Source: a virus. Taken from it: a DNA stretch of 64,000 bases. The position numbers and the translations under genes are program-made. The stretch is from the IMG/VR virus record IMGVR_UViG_3300021185_003494, positions 256 to 64,255 of that record. One strand, 5' to 3'. Positions 55,511-64,000 of the stretch are shown piece by piece. The notes below the pieces were generated by a model, which was not told the origin of the DNA, did not search any database, and saw only the letters and a program-made list of their open reading frames with translations. The stretch's first letter is position 1; the number at the start of each line of letters is the position of its first letter.

Positions 55511-56277
55511 TGGCGATTATAAAAGAAAAAGTGTTAAAAGTAGAACACTATACGGACAGACTTTTCCGTATTATCACTACTAGAGATCCTGGTATTAGAT
55601 TCAGAGATGGTGAATTTTTAATGATAGGAATAATGGTAGATGGTAAGCCTCTACTGCGAGCATATAGTGTTGCAAGTCCTAGTCATCAGGATACCTTGGA
55701 GTTCTTTAGTATTAAGGTACAAGATGGACCATTAACAAGTAGATTACAACACATAAAACCAGGAGATGAGTTACTTGTGAATAGCAAAGCAGTTGGTACT
55801 TTGGTATGTGACAATTTAAAGCCTGGACGTACTTTATATCTAATGGGTACTGGAACAGGAGTTGCTCCTTTTTTAAGTGTTGCACGTGGATTAGAAGCAT
55901 ATGATATGTATGAGAAAATTGTTTTACTATGGGGAGCAAGAACTGTTGCAGAATTGCCTTTTGTAGAATATTGGGACCAACTTAATGAAGATGAAACATA
56001 TGGTGAATTAACACAAGATAAGTTTTTATTTTATCCAACTGTTACAAGAGAGGATTTTAGAAATACTGGCAGAATAACTGATGCTATGTATGAAGGAAAA
56101 GTACAAAAAGTATTAGGACTAGAATCTTTTGATAAAGAACATGATAGAGTTATGATTTGTGGATCCCAAGAAATGAATATGGAATTGCGTAAATATTTCA
56201 TAGAAGAAGTAGGATGTACTGAAGGCAATGCAAATCATCGAGGTGAATTTGTTTTAGAAAAGGCATTTGTAGATTAA
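55510..56277 (+). CDS. fpr: Ferredoxin-NADP+ reductase
   Basis: RAYSVAS, GPLTSRL, GTGTGVAPF, VTRE, MICGS, E..F.D C-terminus. Confidence 0.92.
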   Translation: MAIIKEKVLKVEHYTDRLFRIITTRDPGIRFRDGEFLMIGIMVDGKPLLRAYSVASPSHQDTLEFFSIKVQDGPLTSRLQHIKPGDELLVNSKAVGTLVCDNLKPGRTLYLMGTGTGVAPFLSVARGLEAYDMYEKIVLLWGARTVAELPFVEYWDQLNEDETYGELTQDKFLFYPTVTREDFRNTGRITDAMYEGKVQKVLGLESFDKEHDRVMICGSQEMNMELRKYFIEEVGCTEGNANHRGEFVLEKAFVD

Positions 56278-57044
56278 TGAAATACGGCGAAGCATTTGTT
56301 GCACACAAAGATGAAATAATAAAAAATTTTAGTCCTGCGAAAGTATTAGAGAATGTTTTGACAGAAGAACAAGTAAAACAAATTTTACTTTTTGCATTTC
56401 AAAATACTAATAATTTAAAGTGGACTGCTACTAGTAGTAATTTACAACCCACTGTGCATATAACAGAATTAATGAAAAATTTTCCTTGGTTAACAGAAAT
56501 AATACAACAAGAAATAGGCGACTTTTATGAAAGAGAACATAGCGGCAATTATTTTATTACTACACAGCTACATGATGCTCATGCTGATTTAATTACAAAA
56601 GAAGAAACAAACGAGGACTGGACAGATGGAATTATTCCTTACAAAAGTTGTGTAATACCTCTAATTATATCTGCACGTGCAGTAGCTCATACTGCCTTTT
56701 TTCATCAACGTCATATTGGATTTAGTATTACACTGGATAGAGAAAATATAAGTTCGCAAGATGACAGCATGTATGAAATTTCCAGAGAGTATCCAGACTT
56801 CCATATGGTTGATGGTAGTATTAGTAAATTTAAAGGAATACAAAACCATCCTGATTATATATTTCCGCACATACCAAAAGAAAATAATAGAGGTTTAAGT
56901 ATTGAAAACGTATTTGAATTTAAACCAGGAAACATAATGGTATTTGATGCTTGTCAGATACATGCAAGTTGTGTACCTATTGACAGACCCAATTTTCGTT
57001 GGTTAAAAAGTGGTATTAATATACAGTTTTATAAGAAGATATAA
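56277..57044 (+). CDS. 2OG-Fe(II) oxygenase-like protein
   Basis: HDAHAD, FKPGNIMVFD, IHAS. Confidence 0.6.
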   Translation: MKYGEAFVAHKDEIIKNFSPAKVLENVLTEEQVKQILLFAFQNTNNLKWTATSSNLQPTVHITELMKNFPWLTEIIQQEIGDFYEREHSGNYFITTQLHDAHADLITKEETNEDWTDGIIPYKSCVIPLIISARAVAHTAFFHQRHIGFSITLDRENISSQDDSMYEISREYPDFHMVDGSISKFKGIQNHPDYIFPHIPKENNRGLSIENVFEFKPGNIMVFDACQIHASCVPIDRPNFRWLKSGINIQFYKKI

Positions 57045-57065
57045 ATATTTAAAAGAGAGGTAATA

Positions 57066-57332
57066 ATGAGTAGTTTAATTGGACACAACAGTGGCGATAA
57101 AGAAAGAAAATCAGATCTTATTATAGATATTACTGACATTTATGATAGGCGTGACCGTAAGAAAAAAGAACTAGAATTTTACACAAAAGAAATTGATAAG
57201 CTAATGGTTAAATTAGGAATGATACAACACGAAATAGGTGTTAATGAAACAATTATCAGATTAATAGAAAATGAGCAAATACTTGATTTGCAAGAAGCAA
57301 TCAGAGAAAAACGTAAACAGCAAGACAAATGA
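57066..57332 (+). CDS. Coiled-coil hypothetical protein
   Basis: TATAAATA (57040-57047) and GAGG SD. Confidence 0.65.
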   Translation: MSSLIGHNSGDKERKSDLIIDITDIYDRRDRKKKELEFYTKEIDKLMVKLGMIQHEIGVNETIIRLIENEQILDLQEAIREKRKQQDK

Positions 57333-57348
57333 AGAAAGTAGACAGAGA

Positions 57349-58116
57349 ATGAATACACTATACCTCGTATGTAGCCGTAGTTGCATGAACCAAATGGAGA
57401 TACCATATCTCTTAAATAACAGTCCTGACTTACATGGCGAAAGTAAAGCAGGAGAACATTATGCAGAATACATGTTAAATGGAGAGTCTATTGATCATGA
57501 GCCAGGCCCATTGGGAAAAGTTAGAGTACATGATGATTATTGGAATTTAACTTCCTCAGAAAAAGAACAATATTATAATTTTGATATACGTAATGAATTG
57601 GAAATTACAGAAGAGCAATTGGACGGACTTTTAAATTTAATTGAAGACAAAAGTATAGCATTATTACTACATGCACAAAATTTAGATTTTGTATTCGAAT
57701 GGAGCAGAGCTAAACCTGTAATTTTAATTAATGCAGTAATAGGTGATTGGGACAGGAATATAGAAACTTGGGCAGCAAGAGAGTATAATTATCTTATGGA
57801 AGATGATGAAAATGCAAACTTTAGTGGATATGATCACGTTTGGCCAGGTAGCCCGGAAGTTGCAAATGAATTTATCTCAAGAATGCATATGGATAGAGAG
57901 CTTGAAGATGAGGATACAGACAGATTAATTAAACAAGAACAATGGATGAAAAGACCAGAAATATACACATTATGGGATACTGTTGGAATAACTCCACCTG
58001 ATAAAGAATGGATTGATGCATATATTGAAGATTATGATGCACATCAAGAATTTAATTTAGAATTAGAAGCAGAATTACGTTTGGAGTATGATGGACATGA
58101 ATACAGATATACTTGA
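57349..58116 (+). CDS. Hypothetical acidic protein
   Basis: Start moved to 57349; no family recognised. Confidence 0.55.
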   Translation: MNTLYLVCSRSCMNQMEIPYLLNNSPDLHGESKAGEHYAEYMLNGESIDHEPGPLGKVRVHDDYWNLTSSEKEQYYNFDIRNELEITEEQLDGLLNLIEDKSIALLLHAQNLDFVFEWSRAKPVILINAVIGDWDRNIETWAAREYNYLMEDDENANFSGYDHVWPGSPEVANEFISRMHMDRELEDEDTDRLIKQEQWMKRPEIYTLWDTVGITPPDKEWIDAYIEDYDAHQEFNLELEAELRLEYDGHEYRYT

Positions 58117-58456
58117 GTTTACAAAACCAATAAAAATTTATACATTTAAAGATGAAGGCAAAGTTAAGATTAGTTTTAAAATTAGCCGCAATTGTGTTTA
58201 TAGTGATTGGATTAGTATTAAAGATTTTAGAAATATTTGCAATAACTGGAGAGAAGGTTTCGAGGACGGTATTGAAACTGCTATGGGGAAAGTATTTTGG
58301 GAGCATAGAAATTGTGGTCCTCGACCACTTCGTGAGCCAGCAGACTACGTAGCAATAGAATTTAACGATTGGAGTTTTAGAATTAGCACTCAAGAGATGA
58401 TTGAGTTGGTTTCTGAGTTTAATACGCAACTTACTAGTAAAAATCACTGGGATTAA
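58088..58456 (+). CDS. Hypothetical protein
   Basis: GGAG SD; overlapping ORF. Confidence 0.55.
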   Translation: MMDMNTDILEFTKPIKIYTFKDEGKVKISFKISRNCVYSDWISIKDFRNICNNWREGFEDGIETAMGKVFWEHRNCGPRPLREPADYVAIEFNDWSFRISTQEMIELVSEFNTQLTSKNHWD

Positions 58457-58468
58457 CTAAATACTTGT

Positions 58469-58969
58469 ATGGGACAAAAAAGGACATCTATTTTTAATGT
58501 AGTTTTGGCAAGTATTATTATTGTAATGTTGGCTATTAATATTTTTATTGTATGTACGTATGCCAAATTAACAAGTAGCCATCCCTTACAAAATATACGA
58601 GAAGTTACAGTTGATCCCATTAATACTGAAAGTCCACATATAGTCTTTCGAGGAAAGTATGATAGAGCTATTATGTGTACCTTAAAAGGATTTACTGTGT
58701 TGCTTATCAATACATCTAATCAAGATACACTAATGCTTAATCACAACCACCTGGCTATATCTCCAGAACCAAACACTGGCCCAGGAAAAGATATTGATAT
58801 TAAATTTGCACTCCATACACCAAAAGCAATATATGCAGGACATTGGGCAACACAATTTACTGGAAGTTATTCGTGTAGTAATGGAATGTTTACCGATCAA
58901 AAAACAGTGCTAGTTAAAACAAAACCATTTCAAGTTTATGACGCAAGCGTAACCTTCGATCAACCTTAA
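58469..58969 (+). CDS. Membrane-anchored hypothetical protein
   Basis: N-terminal TM; ACTAAATA 5 nt upstream. Confidence 0.65.
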   Translation: MGQKRTSIFNVVLASIIIVMLAINIFIVCTYAKLTSSHPLQNIREVTVDPINTESPHIVFRGKYDRAIMCTLKGFTVLLINTSNQDTLMLNHNHLAISPEPNTGPGKDIDIKFALHTPKAIYAGHWATQFTGSYSCSNGMFTDQKTVLVKTKPFQVYDASVTFDQP

Positions 58970-58978
58970 TATTAATCC

Positions 58979-59060
58979 TTGACCTTTTTACACTTTTATG
59001 CTATATTATAACCACTTAGTAAAGAAATCTATTGACAAGACCATAGATTTGCTATACTAT
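58979..59060 (+). promoter_or_regulatory. Tandem sigma70-type promoters
   Basis: TTGACC-17-TATATT and TTGACA...TATACT/TACTAT. Confidence 0.6.
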
Positions 59061-59093
59061 CATATAAATTACATTTTATAAAAGGAGATACTT

Positions 59094-59849
59094 ATGAGTA
59101 TGAACACACGTGATGTTGTGCAAGATATTGTCAAGCATACAGCTGGACTTGGATTTATTAACAGTGTTAAAGTCACAGGAACAGAAGAAGATACAAAACT
59201 AGACGCTATGGATAGTGATAGAACTGTTATTTTACAAGCAAAATTGCATAACAATGTACCAGAATTTTTTGGTGAGTTTGGTTTGGGTAACCTTGGTTTC
59301 CTAAATGGTATTACTGGGCTAACAAGTTACCAAGCTGAAGATGCGTCTATTGAAATTGTAAGTCGTGAACGTAACGGACAAACAATTCCAGATGCAATCT
59401 TATTTAAAGACGTTGAAGGTAATACTGACCAGTATCGTTTTATGAGCAAAGAGATTGTTGAACAAACACTACAAACTGTTAAGTTTAAAGGTGTTGAATG
59501 GGATGTTACATTTGAACCAACAAAAGCAAAAGTAAGTGAACTTACACAAGTTGCTGGTATCTATGGTGGCATTGAACCTAACTTTACTGTAAAGACTGAA
59601 AATGGTAACTTGATTGTTACTGTGGGTGCCGCTGATGGTAGCTTTACAGGTAAGCGTACATTTGCACAAAATGTAGATGGGGAACTTAATGAAGGCTATG
59701 CATGGCCATTGGCACAAGTACTATCAATCCTAAAACTAGGAATGAGCGGAGCATGCGTAATGCAAATTAGTAAACGAGGCGCACTACAAATTAGTGTAGA
59801 TAGTGGTATTGGACAATATAACTATATTCTTCCAGCATTAACGGTATAA
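59094..59849 (+). CDS. Sliding clamp (gp45-like)
   Basis: 251 aa; EFGLGNLGFL (compare FGIYDL..FL), two-domain beta/alpha pattern, YILPA C-terminus. Confidence 0.6.
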   Translation: MSMNTRDVVQDIVKHTAGLGFINSVKVTGTEEDTKLDAMDSDRTVILQAKLHNNVPEFFGEFGLGNLGFLNGITGLTSYQAEDASIEIVSRERNGQTIPDAILFKDVEGNTDQYRFMSKEIVEQTLQTVKFKGVEWDVTFEPTKAKVSELTQVAGIYGGIEPNFTVKTENGNLIVTVGAADGSFTGKRTFAQNVDGELNEGYAWPLAQVLSILKLGMSGACVMQISKRGALQISVDSGIGQYNYILPALTV

Positions 59850-59854
59850 TATAA

Positions 59855-61360
59855 ATGGCTAACAAAGTTAATCTAACTGACAGTAATAAAGACTACAGTG
59901 TATTTTTGCCAAGTATTAGTAGTTTTTATGATCGTACTATTAGTAAGTATAGAGAACTAGGATCAGATTTCTTTCCTGATGAACGTATACCTGATGCGTT
60001 TGAGAATGGTATTGACGGATGTGACTTTTTAAAACCTGATGCTTATTACAATTATAAGTGGGGGTTATATTCAGCAGGACATGCCCAACTAGATCTTTCT
60101 AAAGCTAATGCACATGATAATATGGTGCAAGCACGTGACAGAAAAAATACTTTTATACTTGGTGACTCAGGTGGGTTCCAGATTATTAAAGGTGTTATCC
60201 AATGTGACTGGCCAAACTTTAAAACTGATGATAGTTTGAGGCATACTATTCTAAACTGGTTAGAACATACATCAGACTATAGTATGATTTTAGATATTCC
60301 TACACTAGCTGCAGAACCTACATTCCGTGAACGAACAGGAATTAGTAGCTTCAATGAGTGCTTAGACTATACAGATTTTAATGTAAATTGGTTTAAGAAA
60401 AATCGTAAGTATCAAACAAAGTATCTTAATGTTATGCAGGGTCGTAATTGGGCCGAAGCAGAACACTGGTATGAGAAAATGAAACATCATGATCTCGAAG
60501 GATTTGCATTTGGTGGTAGTGCTAAGAATGATATTAATATCATTTTACGTACACTATTAAAAATGCGTGACGATAAACAGCTTGAAAAAGGTAAGCGTGA
60601 CCTATTACATTATCTAGGTATTAGTAAACTAGAATGGGCAGCGGCATATACACAAATTAAACGTAGTTTACGTGAAACAGTAAACAGTGATATAGAAGTA
60701 ATGTTTGATTGTGCATCTCCTTTTATTGCAACTGCTAAAGGTCAAATCTACACACAACACAGACATCAAAATGATAAGTTTGGTTATGTAATGGAAAGTG
60801 CAGTAGATGATAAAAAACTAGCAAATAGTAATATTCCTTTTCCTTGGGGTAGTCCTGTAGGTGACAGACTTACAATGGGTGATGTCTGTTGGTATGCTCC
60901 AGGTATGCTTAACAAGATTGGCAAAGAAGGTAAAACAAGTTGGGATAGTTTATCCTACTTCTTGCTAATGGCACATAATGTATATCAGCATATTGAAAGT
61001 GTCCAACGTGCAAACGTACTTGTTGACACAGCAAAAACAAGATTTGATACAAGCCACAAGACTTGGAGAAAAGTTAAAAATGGTAACCGTGACCAACAGT
61101 TTGATGCATGGGTACCACGTAATACACTTTATATGGTTAACTTTATTGAAGAACTATTTAAAAGTGAAACGCCTATGACAATGCTTGATGAGGCTGCGCC
61201 AATGCTTGCTAATTTTAATGGGCAAAAAACACTAACCAATACTAACAATAGTTTTAGTAATCTTTTCGATGTTGAAGAACAAAAAGCTACAGTTAGTGGA
61301 GAGTATAGTGAAGAAGAGCAGGAAGAAGCAAGCGAATTCCTGGAAACATTAAGTGCTTGA
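59855..61360 (+). CDS. tRNA-guanine transglycosylase (TGT)/DpdA-like base-exchange enzyme
   Basis: ILGDSGGFQ, MILDIP, NVMQG, FAFGG, LHYLG, FDCASP. Confidence 0.75.
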   Translation: MANKVNLTDSNKDYSVFLPSISSFYDRTISKYRELGSDFFPDERIPDAFENGIDGCDFLKPDAYYNYKWGLYSAGHAQLDLSKANAHDNMVQARDRKNTFILGDSGGFQIIKGVIQCDWPNFKTDDSLRHTILNWLEHTSDYSMILDIPTLAAEPTFRERTGISSFNECLDYTDFNVNWFKKNRKYQTKYLNVMQGRNWAEAEHWYEKMKHHDLEGFAFGGSAKNDINIILRTLLKMRDDKQLEKGKRDLLHYLGISKLEWAAAYTQIKRSLRETVNSDIEVMFDCASPFIATAKGQIYTQHRHQNDKFGYVMESAVDDKKLANSNIPFPWGSPVGDRLTMGDVCWYAPGMLNKIGKEGKTSWDSLSYFLLMAHNVYQHIESVQRANVLVDTAKTRFDTSHKTWRKVKNGNRDQQFDAWVPRNTLYMVNFIEELFKSETPMTMLDEAAPMLANFNGQKTLTNTNNSFSNLFDVEEQKATVSGEYSEEEQEEASEFLETLSA

Positions 61361-61411
61361 CAGAAATAAATTTTTCTGTTATTTTAAATATAACCATGAT
61401 AGGAGACAATA

Positions 61412-61603
61412 ATGGCAAAGAAGATTAGACTTGTAGATGGCGAACCTGTAGAAGAAAATGCAGCAATCGATCCATCAGTACCAGTATCAGGAGAAGTATT
61501 CTCTCCTGAGCAAGCGGCCCAGCTTATGAAATATGCTGAGGCAATTGACTGGAAACTTTGGGAAATCCTAAAGATCCTTCGTACACAAACTGAAGGAAAG
61601 TAA
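61412..61603 (+). CDS. Small hypothetical protein
   Basis: AGGAG SD; promoter TTGACA at 61357. Confidence 0.65.
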   Translation: MAKKIRLVDGEPVEENAAIDPSVPVSGEVFSPEQAAQLMKYAEAIDWKLWEILKILRTQTEGK

Positions 61604-61604
61604 A

Positions 61605-61994
61605 ATGGCTTTGAAAGTCAACACGAGACAGATTTGGGTTACATTCCAACGTGAAGGGATACACTTGTATCCTGCCGCTATTGATGACCCAGCTCTTGCT
61701 ACAGGAAAGTGGGACGATGTATCTTTTTTAGGATACGCACATCGTCATATTTTCCATTTTCGTGTAGCGATTGATGTACAACACAATGACAGAGATATTG
61801 AATTTATCCAATTCAAGCGGTGGCTAGAATCACTGTATTCAGTAGGAACGCTGGAGTTGAATCATCGTAGTTGTGAGATGATTGCTGAGGAATTAGCAGA
61901 ATCTATCAATCAAAAATATCCGGGCCGTAACATTACAATCAGCGTAGCTGAAGATAATGAAAACGGAGCAACAATGACATTTAATGCAACATAA
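61605..61994 (+). CDS. QueD/6-pyruvoyl-tetrahydropterin synthase-like T-fold protein
   Basis: EGIHLY, HRHIFHFRV, SCEMIAEEL, VAEDNENGA. Confidence 0.6.
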   Translation: MALKVNTRQIWVTFQREGIHLYPAAIDDPALATGKWDDVSFLGYAHRHIFHFRVAIDVQHNDRDIEFIQFKRWLESLYSVGTLELNHRSCEMIAEELAESINQKYPGRNITISVAEDNENGATMTFNAT

Positions 61995-62004
61995 AGGAAA
62001 AATA

Positions 62005-62328
62005 ATGTCTAATACAAAAAATCCTAACCAATTTAATATTGGAGGTATATATACTTTGCAAGATATTAAGTATGATTTACTTAAAATTATTGCACCACAT
62101 GATGGGTATATGTATAATCGCAAGGATACAGATAAAGTACGTTCTTTGTTTGAATCTTTTCTAGGTGATCTTCGTAAAGCATACAAGATCCGTGAATTTG
62201 TAATTCGTGATACTGAAAAGGATAACGCAATTACATATGATTTAGAAATACGTATTCACAAGGATCGTAGTCCTAAAAAACTTAAAATTCATGTAGGACG
62301 CCTTTTATATACATCGAAGGCAGCCTAA
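62005..62328 (+). CDS. Hypothetical protein
   Basis: AAGGA SD; start moved to 62005. Confidence 0.55.
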   Translation: MSNTKNPNQFNIGGIYTLQDIKYDLLKIIAPHDGYMYNRKDTDKVRSLFESFLGDLRKAYKIREFVIRDTEKDNAITYDLEIRIHKDRSPKKLKIHVGRLLYTSKAA

Positions 62329-63089
62329 TGAAAAGGGTAGTGGTAGTTAGTGGAGGATTTGATCCAGTCCACAGCGGTCATATTGCCATGTTTAAAGCAG
62401 CCAAGGCGTTGGGAGACGTCTTGGTTGTCGCACTTAATAGTGATGATTGGCTAACACGCAAAAAAGGACAACCATTTATGCCTTGGAAAGAACGCATGTC
62501 AATTATTAAAGAATTGGCAGTCGTAGACCAAGTCATTGAATTTGACGATAGCGATAACACAGCATGCGCGGCACTTACTGATACACTAGCAGAATGGAAA
62601 GGTAATCCAGTTTTATTTGCAAATGGTGGTGATCGTGGAAAAGATAATATTCCAGAAATGTCAGTACAAGATCCACGCCTAACGTTTGAGTTTGGTGTTG
62701 GGGGAAATGATAAAAAGAATAGTAGCAGTTGGATACTTAAAGAGTGGAGCCAACCTACAACACAACGTGCTTGGGGAAGTTATACAGTATTACATAATGG
62801 TCCAGGTTGGGCTGTTAAAGAGTTAGCATTTGGCACAGATACACCACTTAGTGATCAGCGACACTTTATTCGTAGTGAACACTGGCATGTCATTGAAGGA
62901 ACAATCCGTATGGATTTAGAATTTCCTAATGGCGATAAGGAAAGCAAAAGATATGGTCCAGGTGAAAGTATTGACATTCCAGTACTAACATGGCACAAAG
63001 CATATAATGTAGGAAGTAGGACTGCCAAAGTAATTGAAGTCTGGATGGGTGAGAAACTGTCTGAGGACGATATTGAAAGGAGAGACTAA
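62328..63089 (+). CDS. Cytidylyltransferase fused to mannose-6-phosphate-isomerase-type cupin
   Basis: SGGFDPVHSGH (HxGH), FANGGDR, KNSSS; RAWGSY...QRH..RSEHW cupin. Confidence 0.85.
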   Translation: MKRVVVVSGGFDPVHSGHIAMFKAAKALGDVLVVALNSDDWLTRKKGQPFMPWKERMSIIKELAVVDQVIEFDDSDNTACAALTDTLAEWKGNPVLFANGGDRGKDNIPEMSVQDPRLTFEFGVGGNDKKNSSSWILKEWSQPTTQRAWGSYTVLHNGPGWAVKELAFGTDTPLSDQRHFIRSEHWHVIEGTIRMDLEFPNGDKESKRYGPGESIDIPVLTWHKAYNVGSRTAKVIEVWMGEKLSEDDIERRD

Positions 63090-63355
63090 TGACTGATTAT
63101 TATGCATTACACTGGAGCGACATATTTGGAAATATGGGAGTATTACTCTTAGTATCAACCTATTTGCTATTACAAGCAGATAAAATTGATGCTAAAGGTT
63201 TCTTTTATAGTTTTGCAAACCTAATGGTAGCATTATTGTTATTTGTAAATCTATATTTTAAACCAGTACTAGCCAATATTACCCTTGAAATATTTTGGGC
63301 GGCTATCAGTATATACGGACTGTATAAATGGAATAAAAAAAGGAAAGACAAATGA
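63089..63355 (+). CDS. Small 3-TM membrane protein
   Basis: Three hydrophobic segments. Confidence 0.7.
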   Translation: MTDYYALHWSDIFGNMGVLLLVSTYLLLQADKIDAKGFFYSFANLMVALLLFVNLYFKPVLANITLEIFWAAISIYGLYKWNKKRKDK

Positions 63356-63690
63356 AATATGTAATTGATATCGACGGCACTATCTGTAAAGAAGTAATTA
63401 TACCTGACAGTGGTGGCAAAAAAGATTATGCTAATCATATTCCTATGTACGATAGGATTGCAAAAGTAAATGCATTGTACGATGCAGGACACACAATCAA
63501 ATATATGACTGCTCGTGGTTGCGTAAGTGGTATCGATTATGGCGGATTAACACAGGATCAGCTAGACAGTTGGGGTTGCAAATATCATGAACTAAGTGTA
63601 GGTCAAAAAGAGAACTACGATATTTGGATTGACGACAAAGCGTTTTGGAGTGAAAACTTCTTTAGAGATACAGGAGAGTCATATGAGTGA
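63352..63690 (+). CDS. HAD-superfamily phosphatase
   Basis: DIDGT, MTARG, WIDDKA. Confidence 0.85.
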   Translation: MKYVIDIDGTICKEVIIPDSGGKKDYANHIPMYDRIAKVNALYDAGHTIKYMTARGCVSGIDYGGLTQDQLDSWGCKYHELSVGQKENYDIWIDDKAFWSENFFRDTGESYE

Positions 63691-63844
63691 ACAAACAAAC
63701 TATTGTACAACAAAAGGTCTAGGATGGGCTTTTTTAATTATTATTATTGGGATGGTAGGTATGCCCATCCTTGGGTCAGCAATTGCTTATCCAGACAACT
63801 GTAAACAATCTATTCTTATTCCTTGTTTAGGTTTGGGTGACTAG
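63683..63844 (+). CDS. Small membrane protein
   Basis: AGGAG SD, one TM segment. Confidence 0.55.
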   Translation: MSEQTNYCTTKGLGWAFLIIIIGMVGMPILGSAIAYPDNCKQSILIPCLGLGD

Positions 63845-63862
63845 AAATGAAAAGGACAGCCC

Positions 63863-64000
63863 GTGGATGTATCTAAAAAAGAAGCATACAGGTTGTTTTG
63901 GCTGGTCAAAGGACATATCAGAACTACAGATGCTACAGTATTATCATCAGTAGATAGTTATTTTAAAAGGTTATGGATTGCTGGTAGTAATGGAGCACCA
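63863..64000 (+). CDS. Hypothetical protein, 3'-truncated
   Basis: AAGGA SD plus GTG; open to window end. Confidence 0.45.
   Translation, partial: MDVSKKEAYRLFWLVKGHIRTTDATVLSSVDSYFKRLWIAGSNGAP

Noticed and set aside
1-64000. Stop-codon reassignment
   Set aside because: Conserved genes (terL, nrdA, nrdB, helicase, uvsX) are full length in the standard code, and TAG and TGA end genes at expected positions.

Overview
A 64 kb AT-rich segment of a large T4-related (Rak2/GAP32-like jumbo-type) myovirus genome. The host is probably a marine proteobacterium, inferred from the protein families present. Bases 1-33.6 kb hold core genes: terminase, gp32 SSB, UvsX/UvsY/UvsW, primase, helicase, a miniature DnaE-like protein, a Cas4-like nuclease, putative virion proteins, NrdAB/glutaredoxin and a PAAR-peptidase fusion. 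A few radical SAM and SGNH-like genes are inserted among them. Bases 34.5-41.7 kb hold 12 tRNAs, including an unusual tRNA-Ser(ACT) directly preceded by a 101-nt candidate structured RNA, mixed with accessory enzymes. Bases 41.7-57 kb are a dense enzyme island: two B12-binding radical SAM enzymes, five 2OG-Fe(II)-type oxygenases, a peroxiredoxin lacking its catalytic Cys, a methyltransferase with an ACP-like domain, a betaine-type ABC binding protein and permease without an ATPase, an ATP-grasp enzyme, a hydrolase, a GNAT, an SDR, a further radical SAM and Fpr. Bases 59-64 kb hold a sliding clamp, TGT/DpdA-like and QueD-like genes (possible 7-deazaguanine pathway) and sugar-nucleotide genes. 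At least nine late-type NNTAAATA promoters sit exactly 5 nt before an ATG with no Shine-Dalgarno sequence, implying widespread leaderless mRNAs. All calls come from motif reading; no database searches were run.
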